Assembly: GCA_035701825.1 (NCBI GenBank)
Contig: DASSRK010000088.1
Location: 796-64,795, forward strand
DNA from: Steroidobacteraceae bacterium
GTDB lineage: Bacteria > Pseudomonadota > Gammaproteobacteria > Steroidobacterales > Steroidobacteraceae
Reading direction: 5' to 3'
DNA length: 64,000 nucleotides
Every line of letters begins with the position of its first letter. The stretch's first letter is position 1. The translations under genes were made by a program, and so were the position numbers. The notes beneath the pieces are model-generated. The model was not told where the DNA came from and did no database searches. It saw only the letters and a program-made list of their open reading frames with translations. Of this stretch, positions 28,639-38,430 are shown in pieces.

Positions 28639-30500
28639 GCCAGGCCTCCCGAGCTCTTGGCGCCCACGGCCGGCACGGCCTCGGGCTTGCGCACCTTGGG
28701 TTCGACTTCGGCGAGCACGCCGGTGACTATGAATTCGGAGGAGATCGGCAGGCCGCTGTAGTGCAGCAGCGAGCGCAGCCTGTCCTTCGGCACGCGGGTC
28801 TCGAGCGTCAGCAGCGAGCGCATCTGCGCGTCGCGGTTCTGCTCGACCACGAACACCAGCTTGTGCGCCTCGAGGAACTTCTCCACGTCCTCGCCGAACG
28901 GGAACGCGCGCAGGCGCATGTAGTTAGTCGTGAGCCCGTGGCTCGCAAGGATATCGCGTGCCTCGCGCACCGCTCCGTCCGAGCTGCCGTAGGCGACGAT
29001 GGCGATGTCGATCTTCGGGTCGTGTTCGATGGCCGCCTTCGGCACCAGGCGCCTGGCGGTGTGGAACTTGCGCACCAGCCGATCGAGCACCACCTGGTAT
29101 TCGGTCGAATCCTCGGTGTATGCGCCGTACTGCGTGTGGCCCGAGCCGCGCGTGAAATACGCACCCTTGGGATGCACGCCGGGCAGCGTGCGATACGGGA
29201 TGCCGTCGCCGTCCACGTCGAGGTAGCGGTGGAATTTCTCGAGCTTCTGGATTTCCTCCACGCCGAGCACCTTGCCGCGGTCGGGGACGTAGTTGTCGTC
29301 CCACTTCAGATCCGGGCACATCCAGTCGTTCATGCCGATGTCGAGATCGGACATGACCATGACCGGGGTCTGCAGCCGCTCGGCGAGATCGAAGGCATCG
29401 CGCGCGAAGTAGAAGCATTCCTCCGGATCGCGCGGGAACAGGCAGACGTGCTTGGTGTCGCCATGCGAGGCATAGGCGCCCTCGAGGATGTCGCATTGCT
29501 GCGTGCGCGTGGGCATGCCGGTCGAAGGACCGACACGCTGGATGTCGAACAGCACCGCCGGCACCTCGGCGTAGTACGCGAGGCCCAGGAACTCGTTCAT
29601 CAATGACACGCCCGGGCCCGAGGTCGCGGTGAAGGCGCGCGCGCCGTTCCACGACGCTCCCAGCACCATGCCAATGGCGGCGAGCTCGTCCTCGGCCTGG
29701 ATGAACGCGAAGTTCTTCCTGCCGCTCTCCGGATCGACGCGCAGTTTGTCGGCAAACGACTTGAACGCGTCCATCAACGAGGTCGACGGCGTGATGGGAT
29801 ACCACGCGCCCACCGTGGCGCCCGCGAACACGCAGCCCAGGCCGGCGGCCGTGTTGCCGTCGATCATGATGTGGCCCTGGGTCTTCGAGCCACCCGACAG
29901 CGGCGCCACCTTGAGCGGCAGTGGGCACCCGAGGTTCGCCTTGGCGTAGTCGTAGCCGAGCTGGATGGCTTTCATGTTCGAGTCGACCAGCGCCGGCTTC
30001 TTCGCGTAGGTCTCGGCCAGCAGCTCGCGGATCTTCGCCACGTCGAGGTCGAGCAGCGCCGCGAGCACGCCCGCGTAGCAGATGTTCTTCATCAGGATGC
30101 GCGTGCGCACCCCGTTGAAATTCTCGTTGCACAGCCTGGCCAGCGGCACGCCCAGCACGGTGATGTCGTCGCGTGCCAGCAGCGCCGGGCGCGGCCAGGT
30201 GCTGTCGTAGATGAGGTAGCCGCCCGAGACCACCTCGCGCACGTCGCGCGCGTAGGTTTCGGCGTTCATCGCCACCATCAGGTCGATCTTCCCGGAGCGC
30301 GCGACGTAGCAGTCCTTGGTCACGCGGATCTCGTACCAGGTGGGCAGGCCCTGGATGTTCGAGGGGAAGTAGTTCTTGCCCATCACGGGCACGCCGCTCC
30401 GGAAGATGGACTTCATCAGCAGCGTGTTGGCGCTGGCCGAGCCCGTGCCATTCACCGTCGCGATTTTGATCGCGAAGTCGTTGGTCCTGTCGATCGTCAT
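28635..30500 (-). CDS. korA: 2-oxoacid:ferredoxin oxidoreductase alpha subunit
   Basis: 621 aa with fused gamma/alpha-type domains (NGTGSASAN..., AWYPITPST..., MSDLDIGMN). Confidence 0.92.
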   Translation of the reverse strand: MTIDRTNDFAIKIATVNGTGSASANTLLMKSIFRSGVPVMGKNYFPSNIQGLPTWYEIRVTKDCYVARSGKIDLMVAMNAETYARDVREVVSGGYLIYDSTWPRPALLARDDITVLGVPLARLCNENFNGVRTRILMKNICYAGVLAALLDLDVAKIRELLAETYAKKPALVDSNMKAIQLGYDYAKANLGCPLPLKVAPLSGGSKTQGHIMIDGNTAAGLGCVFAGATVGAWYPITPSTSLMDAFKSFADKLRVDPESGRKNFAFIQAEDELAAIGMVLGASWNGARAFTATSGPGVSLMNEFLGLAYYAEVPAVLFDIQRVGPSTGMPTRTQQCDILEGAYASHGDTKHVCLFPRDPEECFYFARDAFDLAERLQTPVMVMSDLDIGMNDWMCPDLKWDDNYVPDRGKVLGVEEIQKLEKFHRYLDVDGDGIPYRTLPGVHPKGAYFTRGSGHTQYGAYTEDSTEYQVVLDRLVRKFHTARRLVPKAAIEHDPKIDIAIVAYGSSDGAVREARDILASHGLTTNYMRLRAFPFGEDVEKFLEAHKLVFVVEQNRDAQMRSLLTLETRVPKDRLRSLLHYSGLPISSEFIVTGVLAEVEPKVRKPEAVPAVGAKSSGGLA

Positions 30501-32318
30501 CTAAGCACTCTTGGGCATTTTCGCAGCAGACGCTGCTGCCTCATCCTCGGCGTGCGGCCATTTGACGAAGGATTTCTGCATGTCCCAGGCGGCGGTGGGA
30601 CAACGCTCGGCGCACAGGCCGCAGTGCACGCACAGGTCCTCGTCCTTGACCATGACCCGCGCGGTATGTTTCAGCGGCGCCGATACGTACAACGCCTGGG
30701 TGACGTTCCTGGCCGGCGCCTTGAGGCGCGTGCGCAGCTCGGCTTCCTCACCGTTGTGGGTGATCGTCAGGCAATCGACCGGGCAGATGTCGATGCAGGC
30801 ATCGCACTCGATGCACAGCTTGGTCTCGAACACCGTCTGCACGTCGCAGTTGAGGCAACGCTGCACTTCCTTCTCGATCTGCTCGGCGGTGAAACCCAGC
30901 TCCACCTCGATATTGAGCTTCTTGAAACGCTCCTTGAGCGACACGTGCGGCATCAGGCGCCGCTCTGCCGGGTTGTAGTCGTTGGCGTACGACCACTCGT
31001 GCATGCCCATCTTGCGCGACTGCAGGTTCACGCCCGGCGGCAGGCGCTCGGTGACGGCCTTGCCCTGGCAGAAGTTGTGGATGGAAATCGCAGCCTGGTG
31101 GCCGTGCTCCACCGCCCAGATGATGTTCTTGGGGCCGAAGGCCGCGTCGCCGCCGAAGAACACGCCGGCGCGCGAGGATTCGAAGGTCTGCGCATCGACC
31201 TTGGGCACGTCCCACTTGTCGAACTCGATGCCGAGGTCGCGCTCGATCCACGGGAACGCGTTCTCCTGGCCGATGGCCAGGATCACGTCGTCCGCCTCGA
31301 GGAATTCCTCGCCGCTGATGCGTTCGGCCGTGATGCGGCCGTTGGCGTCGATGTCGTATTCCATGACGTCGAACATCATTCCCTTGAGCTTGCCGTTCTC
31401 GACGACGAAGCTCCGGGGCGAGCGGTTGATGATGATCTTGACGTGCTCTTCCTCGGCATCTTCCAGTTCCCAGGCCGACGCCTTGAAGAACTGGCGCGGC
31501 TTGCGCGCGATGACCTTCACGTCGTCGGCACCGAGGCGCAGGCTCGTACGGCAACAGTCCATGGCCGTGTTGCCCACGCCGATGATCAGCACCTTCTTGC
31601 CGATCGACTTGACGTGATCGAAGGCCACCGACTCGAGCCAGGTGATGCCGATGTGGATGTTGGCCGCGCCTTCCTGGCGGCCCGGCAGCTTCAGTTCCTT
31701 GCCCTTGGGCGCGCCCGCTCCGACGAACACCGCGTCGAAGCCGCCCTTGTCCAGCAACTCGCGCATCGACCTGACGGGATGGTTGAGCTTCAGGTCCACG
31801 CCCATGTCGACGATGGTGGCGATTTCCTCGTTGAGCACCTCGGCAGGCAGGCGGAACGACGGGATGTTGGTGCGCATGAGTCCGCCGGGCACGGCGAACT
31901 GCTCGAAGATGGTGACCGAGTAGCCGAGTGGCATGAGGTCATTGGCCACGGTCAGCGAGGCGCAACCGGCGCCGATCAGCGCCACTTTCTTGCCGTTCTT
32001 GAGCTTCGGGATGCGCGGCAGCCGGCTCTTGAAATCGTCCTCGCGGTGATCGGCCGCGACGCGCTTCAGGCGGCAGATGGCCACGGGCTTCTCTTCGACG
32101 CGGCCACGGCGGCACGCCGGCTCGCAAGGCCGGTCGCAAACCCGCCCCAGTATTCCCGGGAAGACATTGGAATGGCGATTCACCAGGTACGCTTCGGTGA
32201 ACTTGCCTTGTGCGATGAGCCGGATGTACTCGGGAACGTCGGTATGGGCCGGGCAAGCCCACTGGCAATCCACGACCTTGTGGAAGTAGTCGGGTTGCGT
32301 CGTGTCGGTCGGTTGCAT
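30501..32318 (-). CDS. GltD-like NAD(P)H-dependent FAD oxidoreductase fused to a C-terminal 2x[4Fe-4S] ferredoxin domain
   Basis: 605 aa from ATG 32318. N-terminal Fe-S motif CDRPCEPAC, two dinucleotide folds (KKVALIGAGCASL, KKVLIIGVGNTAMDC), and C-terminal CIECDACIDICP plus CVHCGLCAERCP. Its stop directly abuts the korA ATG (TAGATG). Confidence 0.88.
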   Translation of the reverse strand: MQPTDTTQPDYFHKVVDCQWACPAHTDVPEYIRLIAQGKFTEAYLVNRHSNVFPGILGRVCDRPCEPACRRGRVEEKPVAICRLKRVAADHREDDFKSRLPRIPKLKNGKKVALIGAGCASLTVANDLMPLGYSVTIFEQFAVPGGLMRTNIPSFRLPAEVLNEEIATIVDMGVDLKLNHPVRSMRELLDKGGFDAVFVGAGAPKGKELKLPGRQEGAANIHIGITWLESVAFDHVKSIGKKVLIIGVGNTAMDCCRTSLRLGADDVKVIARKPRQFFKASAWELEDAEEEHVKIIINRSPRSFVVENGKLKGMMFDVMEYDIDANGRITAERISGEEFLEADDVILAIGQENAFPWIERDLGIEFDKWDVPKVDAQTFESSRAGVFFGGDAAFGPKNIIWAVEHGHQAAISIHNFCQGKAVTERLPPGVNLQSRKMGMHEWSYANDYNPAERRLMPHVSLKERFKKLNIEVELGFTAEQIEKEVQRCLNCDVQTVFETKLCIECDACIDICPVDCLTITHNGEEAELRTRLKAPARNVTQALYVSAPLKHTARVMVKDEDLCVHCGLCAERCPTAAWDMQKSFVKWPHAEDEAAASAAKMPKSA

Positions 32319-32387
32319 ATCCCCCCGAAATCTCCGCGGGTTTTCTCCCGCCAGCGTGCCGGCGAGTATAGGCTTCGCGGCCAGCGA

Positions 32388-32735
32388 ATGAATAACCCGA
32401 CTGAAATCAAGCTTCGAACGCGCTCGCGCGTCCTCGAGGTGGCATTCGACGACGGCGCTCGTTTCGAGCTGCCGTTCGAATACCTCCGTGTCCATTCACC
32501 GTCCGCTGAAGTGAAGGGACATGGCCCGGGGCAGGAAGTTTTGGTGCTCGGCAAGCAAAACGTGGGAATACGCGCCGTGGACCCCGTCGGCCAATACGCC
32601 GTGCGGCTGGTGTTCGACGACGGCCACGACTCGGGCCTGTACACCTGGGCGTACCTGCGCGAGCTGGGCGAGAAGCAGGCGGAGAACTGGGCGAAGTACC
32701 AGGCACGAGTCCACGCGGCCCAACAGCGGCAATAG
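32388..32735 (+). CDS. DUF971 domain protein
   Basis: 115 aa. LEVAFDDG..FELPFEYLRVHSPSAEV...VRLVFDDGHDSGLYTWAYL is the DUF971 signature. It is only the 3' end of the 954-aa track ORF. Confidence 0.8.
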   Translation: MNNPTEIKLRTRSRVLEVAFDDGARFELPFEYLRVHSPSAEVKGHGPGQEVLVLGKQNVGIRAVDPVGQYAVRLVFDDGHDSGLYTWAYLRELGEKQAENWAKYQARVHAAQQRQ

Positions 32736-32871
32736 GAGGGGACATGGCAGCCACCTGAAGCAACAGGTGGCCGAGCTGAACCGCAAGCTGGACACGTTGA
32801 TCCAGGCGGAAAGCCAGTCGGCGGCCTCGACGAGTGTCGAGGCACCCGCGGCGGCGCAAGACAAACAATAA

Positions 32872-32905
32872 AAAAGGCCGGCGACCCTTGGTTGCCGGCC
32901 TTTGT
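32872..32905 (+). terminator. candidate rho-independent terminator
   Basis: Stem AAAGGCCGGC/GCCGGCCTTT (10 bp) with an 11-nt loop. The U-tract is partly within the stem. Confidence 0.5.
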
Positions 32906-33006
32906 GCAAGACCCCCGCTCGAATAGTTCGGCTTTGTAGCGAAAGCGCGCCTCGACAGCAAGCGCTTTCTCAGGCCGCCGCGACACCCGTCTATACTGGC
33001 CGCCCT

Positions 33007-33765
33007 GTGACCGAGCAACCCAAGAACTCCGAGACGGATTTTGGATATGAACGCGTCCCCCTGGGCGAAAAGCAGGGGCGCGTCCGCGGCGTATTCGATT
33101 CCGTCGCGCCGAAATACGACCTGATGAACGATCTCATGTCGGGCGGCGCGCATCGATTATGGAAAGAGTTCACCTTGTCGCTGACCGGCCTGCACACCGG
33201 GCAGCGCGCGCTCGACGTCGCGGGCGGCACCGGGGACCTGACCGCGGGCCTCGCAAAGCAGGTCGGACGCAGCGGCATGGTCATTCTTTCGGACATCAAC
33301 GCCGCGATGCTCGGCGAAGGTCGCGACCGGCTGCTCGACACAGGCCACGTCGGCAACGTGAGCTGCGTGCTGGCGAACGCCGAGAAACTGCCGTTCGCCG
33401 ATTCGCAGTTCGATTGCGTGACCATCGGCTTTGGCCTGCGCAACGTCACCGACAAGCCGGCGGCGCTGGCCGACATGCGCCGCGTGCTCAAGCCCGGCGG
33501 ACAGCTGCTGGTGCTGGAGTTCTCGCACCCGGTGCTGCCGTTCCTCAAGCCGCTGTACGACCTGTACTCGTTCCGCGTGCTGCCGCTGCTCGGCAAGCTG
33601 GTGGCCAACGACGAGGCCAGCTACCGCTATCTCGCCGAGTCGATCCGCATGCATCCCGACCAGGAGACCCTGCTCGGCATGATGCGCGACGCGGGCCTGG
33701 AAGACTGCCGCTATCACAACCTCACGGGTGGCATCGTCGCGGTACACCGCGGTTACCGCTACTAG
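33007..33765 (+). CDS. ubiE: bifunctional demethylmenaquinone/ubiquinone C-methyltransferase UbiE
   Basis: [38 protein letters not shown], and SAM motif [13 protein letters not shown] 33007 is preferred over the track start 32902. Confidence 0.92.
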   Translation: MTEQPKNSETDFGYERVPLGEKQGRVRGVFDSVAPKYDLMNDLMSGGAHRLWKEFTLSLTGLHTGQRALDVAGGTGDLTAGLAKQVGRSGMVILSDINAAMLGEGRDRLLDTGHVGNVSCVLANAEKLPFADSQFDCVTIGFGLRNVTDKPAALADMRRVLKPGGQLLVLEFSHPVLPFLKPLYDLYSFRVLPLLGKLVANDEASYRYLAESIRMHPDQETLLGMMRDAGLEDCRYHNLTGGIVAVHRGYRY

Positions 33766-33766
33766 G

Positions 33767-34378
33767 ATGCTCACCCAGGCGATCGAGAACCTGCTGAACC
33801 GCAACCTGCCGCGCAGTCCGCGCGCGCTGGAGTTGTGCGGCCTGCTCAAGGGCAAGTCGGTGCGCATCGAGTCGCCGGGACTGGGCTGGCGCGTGGACTG
33901 CGAATCGCTCGGCACCTCGCTGCGGATGAGCAAGTCCCTGCCGGATCGCACGCCCGACGCCGGGATTTCCGGCAGCCTGGCCAGCCTCGCACAGCTCGCC
34001 GGCCCGCAGCCCGAGGAAGTCATCCAGCGTGGCGGCGTCAGCATTCGCGGTGATGCGGAAGTCGCGCAGCGCTTCCGTGAGCTCGCCCTGCTGCTGAAAC
34101 CCGATGTCGAGGAAGAATTGTCGCGGATCATCGGCGATACCCCGGCCCACCAGGCGCTGCGCTTCGTGAGCGCCGTGACCGGCTTCGGCCGTCGCGCGGC
34201 ACGCACCGGCGTGCGCAACGTGGCCGAATACTTCGCGCACGAGAGCCGCGACCTGGTGCCGCGCGCCGAGGCCGAGGACTTCTACCGGCGCGTGGAACGG
34301 CTGCGCGAAGACCTGGATCGCCTCGATGCGCGCGCCCGGCTGCTCGAGCAGGCCGACGAGGCGGAGACCCAACGATGA
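33767..34378 (+). CDS. ubiJ: ubiquinone biosynthesis accessory factor UbiJ (SCP2-like)
   Basis: 203 aa from ATG 33767. Positioned between ubiE and ubiB, with N-terminus [12 protein letters not shown] and a coiled C-terminus. Confidence 0.8.
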   Translation: MLTQAIENLLNRNLPRSPRALELCGLLKGKSVRIESPGLGWRVDCESLGTSLRMSKSLPDRTPDAGISGSLASLAQLAGPQPEEVIQRGGVSIRGDAEVAQRFRELALLLKPDVEEELSRIIGDTPAHQALRFVSAVTGFGRRAARTGVRNVAEYFAHESRDLVPRAEAEDFYRRVERLREDLDRLDARARLLEQADEAETQR

Positions 34379-36039
34379 AGCTTCGCGTCCTGGCCCGGCT
34401 CATCGAGATCCAGAAAGTCCTGGTGCGCCACGGGCTCGACGAGTTCGTGCGCGCCACGCATTTGTATCGCCCGCTGCGCTTCCTGTTCCTGCTGAGCCCA
34501 TGGACCTGGGCCGTGCGCCGGCGCGACGAACCGCGCGCGGTGCGCCTGCGCGATGCGCTGCAGGAGCTCGGGCCCATCTTCGTGAAGTTCGGCCAGGCGC
34601 TGTCCACCCGCCGCGACCTGCTGCCTCCCGACATCGCCGAGGAGCTCGCCAAGCTCCAGGACCGGGTACCGCCCTTCGATGGCCGCATCGCGCGCGCCGT
34701 GATCGAGCAGGCCTACGGCCGTTCCGTCGAACAGGTGTTCTCGAGCTTCGACGAGACGCCGTTGGCCGCGGCCTCGATCGCGCAGGTACACGCCGCCGAG
34801 TTGCGGCCCGAGGTCGCGCTCAACGGCGCCAAGACCCGCGAAGTCGTGGTCAAGGTGCTGCGCCCCGGCATGCACGAGATCATCACGCGCGATCTCGAGG
34901 TGCTGCACGCGCTCGCCACCTTCGCCCACAACAACTGGGACGGCAGCAAGCGACTCAAGCCGATGGAAGTGGTGCGCGAGTACCAGAAGACCATCCTCGA
35001 CGAGCTCGACCTCATGCGCGAGGCCGCCAACGCCTCGCAATTGCGCCGCAACTTCGAGGGGTCTTCTCTTCTATATGTGCCTGCCGTGCACTGGGACTTC
35101 TGCCGCCCCGGCGTCATGGTCATGGAGCGCATCCGCGGCGTGCAGATTTCCAACATGGCGCGCCTGCGCGAGGCCGGCACCGACATCAGGCGGCTGGCCG
35201 AGAACGGCGTGGAGATCTTCTTCACGCAGGTGTTCAAGCACAATTTCTTCCACGCCGACATGCACCCGGGGAACATCTTCGTCCTCATCGACAACCCGGC
35301 GCAGCCGCGGTACGCGGCCGTGGATTTCGGCATCGTCGGCACGCTCGATCCACGCGACCAGTACTACCTCGCGGAGAACTTCCTCGCGGTATTCGACCGC
35401 GACTATCGCCGCGTGGCGACGCTGCACCTGGAATCGGGCTGGGTGCCCGAGGGCTCGCGCGTCGATGAAATGGAATCCGCGATCCGCACCGTGTGCGAGC
35501 CGATCTTCAACAAGCCGCTCAAGGAAATCTCCTTCGGCACCGTGCTGCTGCGGCTGTTCGAAATCTCGCGGCGCTTCAATGTCGAAGTGCAGCCACAACT
35601 GATCCTGCTGCAGAAGACGCTGCTCAACATCGAGGGACTGGGGCGCGATCTGTACCCGGACCTCGACATCTTCAAGACCGCGGGCCCCATCATGCGCGAC
35701 TGGGTGCGCGAGAAGATGAGCGCACGCACGGTGTTCGAGAACGCGCGCCAGCAGATCCCGGAAATCATCTCCAGCCTGCAGACGCTGGCGCCGCTGATGC
35801 GCTCGGCCGTGCAGCGCGCGCAGGACGGGCGGCTGCGGCTCGCGGTCGAGGCGCCGGAGATCAACGCGCTGCGCAATGAGATCAGGCGCACCAACCGGCG
35901 GCGCGACCGGGTGACGATCGCGGCCGTGGTGTTGCTGGGTGGCATCGTGTGGCTGGCGCTGGGGCGTGAACCGCAGTGGGCCGGCTGGGCACTCGCCGGC
36001 GCCGGCGTTGCGTGGATGATCGCGGCGCTGCGGCGCTGA
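34375..36039 (+). CDS. ubiB: ubiquinone biosynthesis regulatory protein kinase UbiB
   Basis: 554 aa ABC1/ADCK kinase-like ([40 protein letters not shown]) with C-terminal TM helices. ATGA overlap with ubiJ. Confidence 0.93.
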   Translation: MKLRVLARLIEIQKVLVRHGLDEFVRATHLYRPLRFLFLLSPWTWAVRRRDEPRAVRLRDALQELGPIFVKFGQALSTRRDLLPPDIAEELAKLQDRVPPFDGRIARAVIEQAYGRSVEQVFSSFDETPLAAASIAQVHAAELRPEVALNGAKTREVVVKVLRPGMHEIITRDLEVLHALATFAHNNWDGSKRLKPMEVVREYQKTILDELDLMREAANASQLRRNFEGSSLLYVPAVHWDFCRPGVMVMERIRGVQISNMARLREAGTDIRRLAENGVEIFFTQVFKHNFFHADMHPGNIFVLIDNPAQPRYAAVDFGIVGTLDPRDQYYLAENFLAVFDRDYRRVATLHLESGWVPEGSRVDEMESAIRTVCEPIFNKPLKEISFGTVLLRLFEISRRFNVEVQPQLILLQKTLLNIEGLGRDLYPDLDIFKTAGPIMRDWVREKMSARTVFENARQQIPEIISSLQTLAPLMRSAVQRAQDGRLRLAVEAPEINALRNEIRRTNRRRDRVTIAAVVLLGGIVWLALGREPQWAGWALAGAGVAWMIAALRR

Positions 36040-36099
36040 GCACCAACGAGGGCGCCGTTGCGTTCGTTGCCTGCCCGGGCGGGCGCTGTCGCATTGGAA

Positions 36100-36915
36100 T
36101 CAGCTTCCGGATCGACCGGGTGGCCGTCGCCCCGTCACGCTCCACATCGTCGGTGACGGAATCGCGAACTCGTCGCGCTCGATCGTCGCCAGGTCCACGT
36201 CGATCTGCTGGCGCGTGATCAACCCCGCGGCGATCACGTCGTTGCCGATCTGCTCGAAGTTCACGCGCATGAGGTCGGCGCCGCCGTTGCGCTTCGTGAA
36301 CATCACGCTGCGGCCCTCGGCATCCACGTCGACCAGGCCCAGCTCGCGGAAGCGGCCGTAAAGCCTCCTGCCGAAATATCCATCCTGGTTGCGCGTGAGA
36401 TAGGCGCGCACGGCTTCGGAGGTCGGCAGCGGTGTCTCGAACTCGTTGATGCGCGCGTCCGGCGTCACCGAGGCGACGTCGAAGTCCTCGATGACCAGCC
36501 AGCCGCCGGGCTTCAGTGCGTCGACCACGCGTTCGAGCGCGCGCTCGCGCTCGATGACGTGCAGGAACACCAGCCGCGCGTGGACCAGGTCGAAGGCCTT
36601 GGGCGGCAACGGATCGCTCGCGATGTCGTGGCGAACCACTTCGAGGTTGGCGGGTGCGCTGGCGCGGCCCTGCTCGATGATGCGCGTGTTGAGATCGGTG
36701 CACAGGACGTGACCCCCCGGCCCCACGCGCCCCGCCATCCAGCGCGCGATGCTGCCGCCTCCGCCGCCGATTTCGAGGCAGCGCCAACCCGCGGCGATGC
36801 CCACTCCCTCGAGCACCCGCTGCGTCGTCGGGTCGAACAGGCGCGCCAGCAGCTCCATGCGCGCACCGGCGATTTCATTGGCGTTGTCGAGCGGGTAGTT
36901 GGATTCGGTTGCCAT
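36100..36915 (-). CDS. class I SAM-dependent methyltransferase
   Basis: 271 aa from ATG 36915 with motif I CLEIGGGGGSIA and post-I LCTDLN. Lies 11 nt downstream of the MFS gene. Confidence 0.8.
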   Translation of the reverse strand: MATESNYPLDNANEIAGARMELLARLFDPTTQRVLEGVGIAAGWRCLEIGGGGGSIARWMAGRVGPGGHVLCTDLNTRIIEQGRASAPANLEVVRHDIASDPLPPKAFDLVHARLVFLHVIERERALERVVDALKPGGWLVIEDFDVASVTPDARINEFETPLPTSEAVRAYLTRNQDGYFGRRLYGRFRELGLVDVDAEGRSVMFTKRNGGADLMRVNFEQIGNDVIAAGLITRQQIDVDLATIERDEFAIPSPTMWSVTGRRPPGRSGS

Positions 36916-36926
36916 GGTTTCCCGGT

Positions 36927-38270
36927 TCACTCCTCGGGGGGCTCGGCTCCGGGCTCGGGTAGCCAGCGGCTGAGAATGAGCGCGCACGCCGTCACGGCGA
37001 CGGCCACCACGGCCATCGAATGCGCCAGCTTGAGCGTCGGGTTGGCGCCCGGCATCACGTTGGACAACTGCGTGGTGGCCAGCACGGTGAACGGCGCCAG
37101 CACGCGCGCGCCGATGCTGATGGCGAAGCTCTCGCCGGTGCCGCGCAGGTGCAGCGGGAACACGCGCGGTAGATAGTTCCCCCAGAAGCTGTACTGGATG
37201 CCGACCACCAGCGTCACCGCCAGCACGGCGTACTTGAAGACCTCCGCGTCGTGCAAGGCGGGACCGAAGAACACCAGCGGGTACAGCGCGAGCCCGGCCC
37301 ACAGCATGCCGCGCAACATCGGGCGACGCGCCACGAGCCAGACCACGAGGCCGGTGAGGACCAGCCGGCCGATCAGCGCCCCGGTGTCGACGTGCACGTG
37401 CACCCAGGTCACCCACTGTTCCTGTTGCTGGCGGGGCAAGGCCGCGATTTGCGGCAGCCCCGGCACGATGCGTGGAATGTGCTGGAGCATGCCGAAAGCC
37501 AGCGCGTAACAGCAGGCGACGAGGCCGGTGGTGATCAGCGTGACCCGGCGCAGGCGCGGCTCGAACAGTTCGCCGAAGCGGGGCCGTTTCAGCGTGCCGG
37601 CCGCGCGCTTCTCGCGCCAGGCCGGCGACTCGGGCAGGAACGGCCGGACCAGGATGAGTGGAATCGCCGGCAAGGCGCCGAACAGCAGCGCGTAGCGCCA
37701 CGCCGAATGCCCGCCGTGGATGGCCGGCGCGAGGTCACCCCAGGTGACCGCCGCGTAGTAGGCGCCGGCGATCATGAAGTTGCCGCCCGTGGCGCACACC
37801 TGCGCAAAGCCCAGCACCGCCTCGCGCCGCTTCGCCTCCGGGAAGAGCTCGGTCAGCCAGGCGATGGCGGCCACGAATTCCACGCAGGCGCCCGCCACCG
37901 TGATGCAGCGCCAGAGAATGAGCTCGGGGATGGACGTGGCAAAGGCGGACATGAAGGCCGCGGCGCCGTAGAGCACGATGCTCCACACCAGGACGCGTTG
38001 CCGGCCGAGGCGGTCGGTCAGGTAGCCGCCCAGCAGCGCCGTCAGGCCGCCGGCCACCGTGGGGAGGAACAGCATCAGGCCGGTCCAGTGGTTGAACTCC
38101 GGCGTGCCGGGTTGGAACGGGCCCAGCTCCATCAACATGGGGCGCACGATGATGGCCTGGACCACCACCTCGTACATGTCGAATGCAAAGCCGACGCCGG
38201 CGGTCACGAGGATGAGCACCTGGACGCCGGTCAGGGGCGCGGTGCGTTTGTCGAGGACGGCGGCTTCCAT
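36927..38270 (-). CDS. MFS transporter
   Basis: 447 aa from ATG 38270 with about 12 TM helices and the MFS loop motif GYLTDRLGRQR. Confidence 0.85.
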   Translation of the reverse strand: MEAAVLDKRTAPLTGVQVLILVTAGVGFAFDMYEVVVQAIIVRPMLMELGPFQPGTPEFNHWTGLMLFLPTVAGGLTALLGGYLTDRLGRQRVLVWSIVLYGAAAFMSAFATSIPELILWRCITVAGACVEFVAAIAWLTELFPEAKRREAVLGFAQVCATGGNFMIAGAYYAAVTWGDLAPAIHGGHSAWRYALLFGALPAIPLILVRPFLPESPAWREKRAAGTLKRPRFGELFEPRLRRVTLITTGLVACCYALAFGMLQHIPRIVPGLPQIAALPRQQQEQWVTWVHVHVDTGALIGRLVLTGLVVWLVARRPMLRGMLWAGLALYPLVFFGPALHDAEVFKYAVLAVTLVVGIQYSFWGNYLPRVFPLHLRGTGESFAISIGARVLAPFTVLATTQLSNVMPGANPTLKLAHSMAVVAVAVTACALILSRWLPEPGAEPPEE

Positions 38271-38430
38271 GCCTGGAGAATGACCCAGGACGCCGGCGCC
38301 TGTCCTGCCGATGGCGGAAATGCCTCGCGACTGCGCGCGGAGCGCCGGATCCGGGCAGGGTTCCAAGGGAACGGAGCATAAAACTAACTAAATTGCGGCC
38401 CCCCGAGCGTTTGGATTAGCGTGCGCGACC

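Noticed and set aside
29871-32387. 5' 840 codons of the 954-aa plus-strand ORF 29871..32735
   Set aside because: Only the last 115 codons (from ATG 32388) match a known family (DUF971). The remainder is antisense to korA and the GltD-like gene and has a low-complexity composition.
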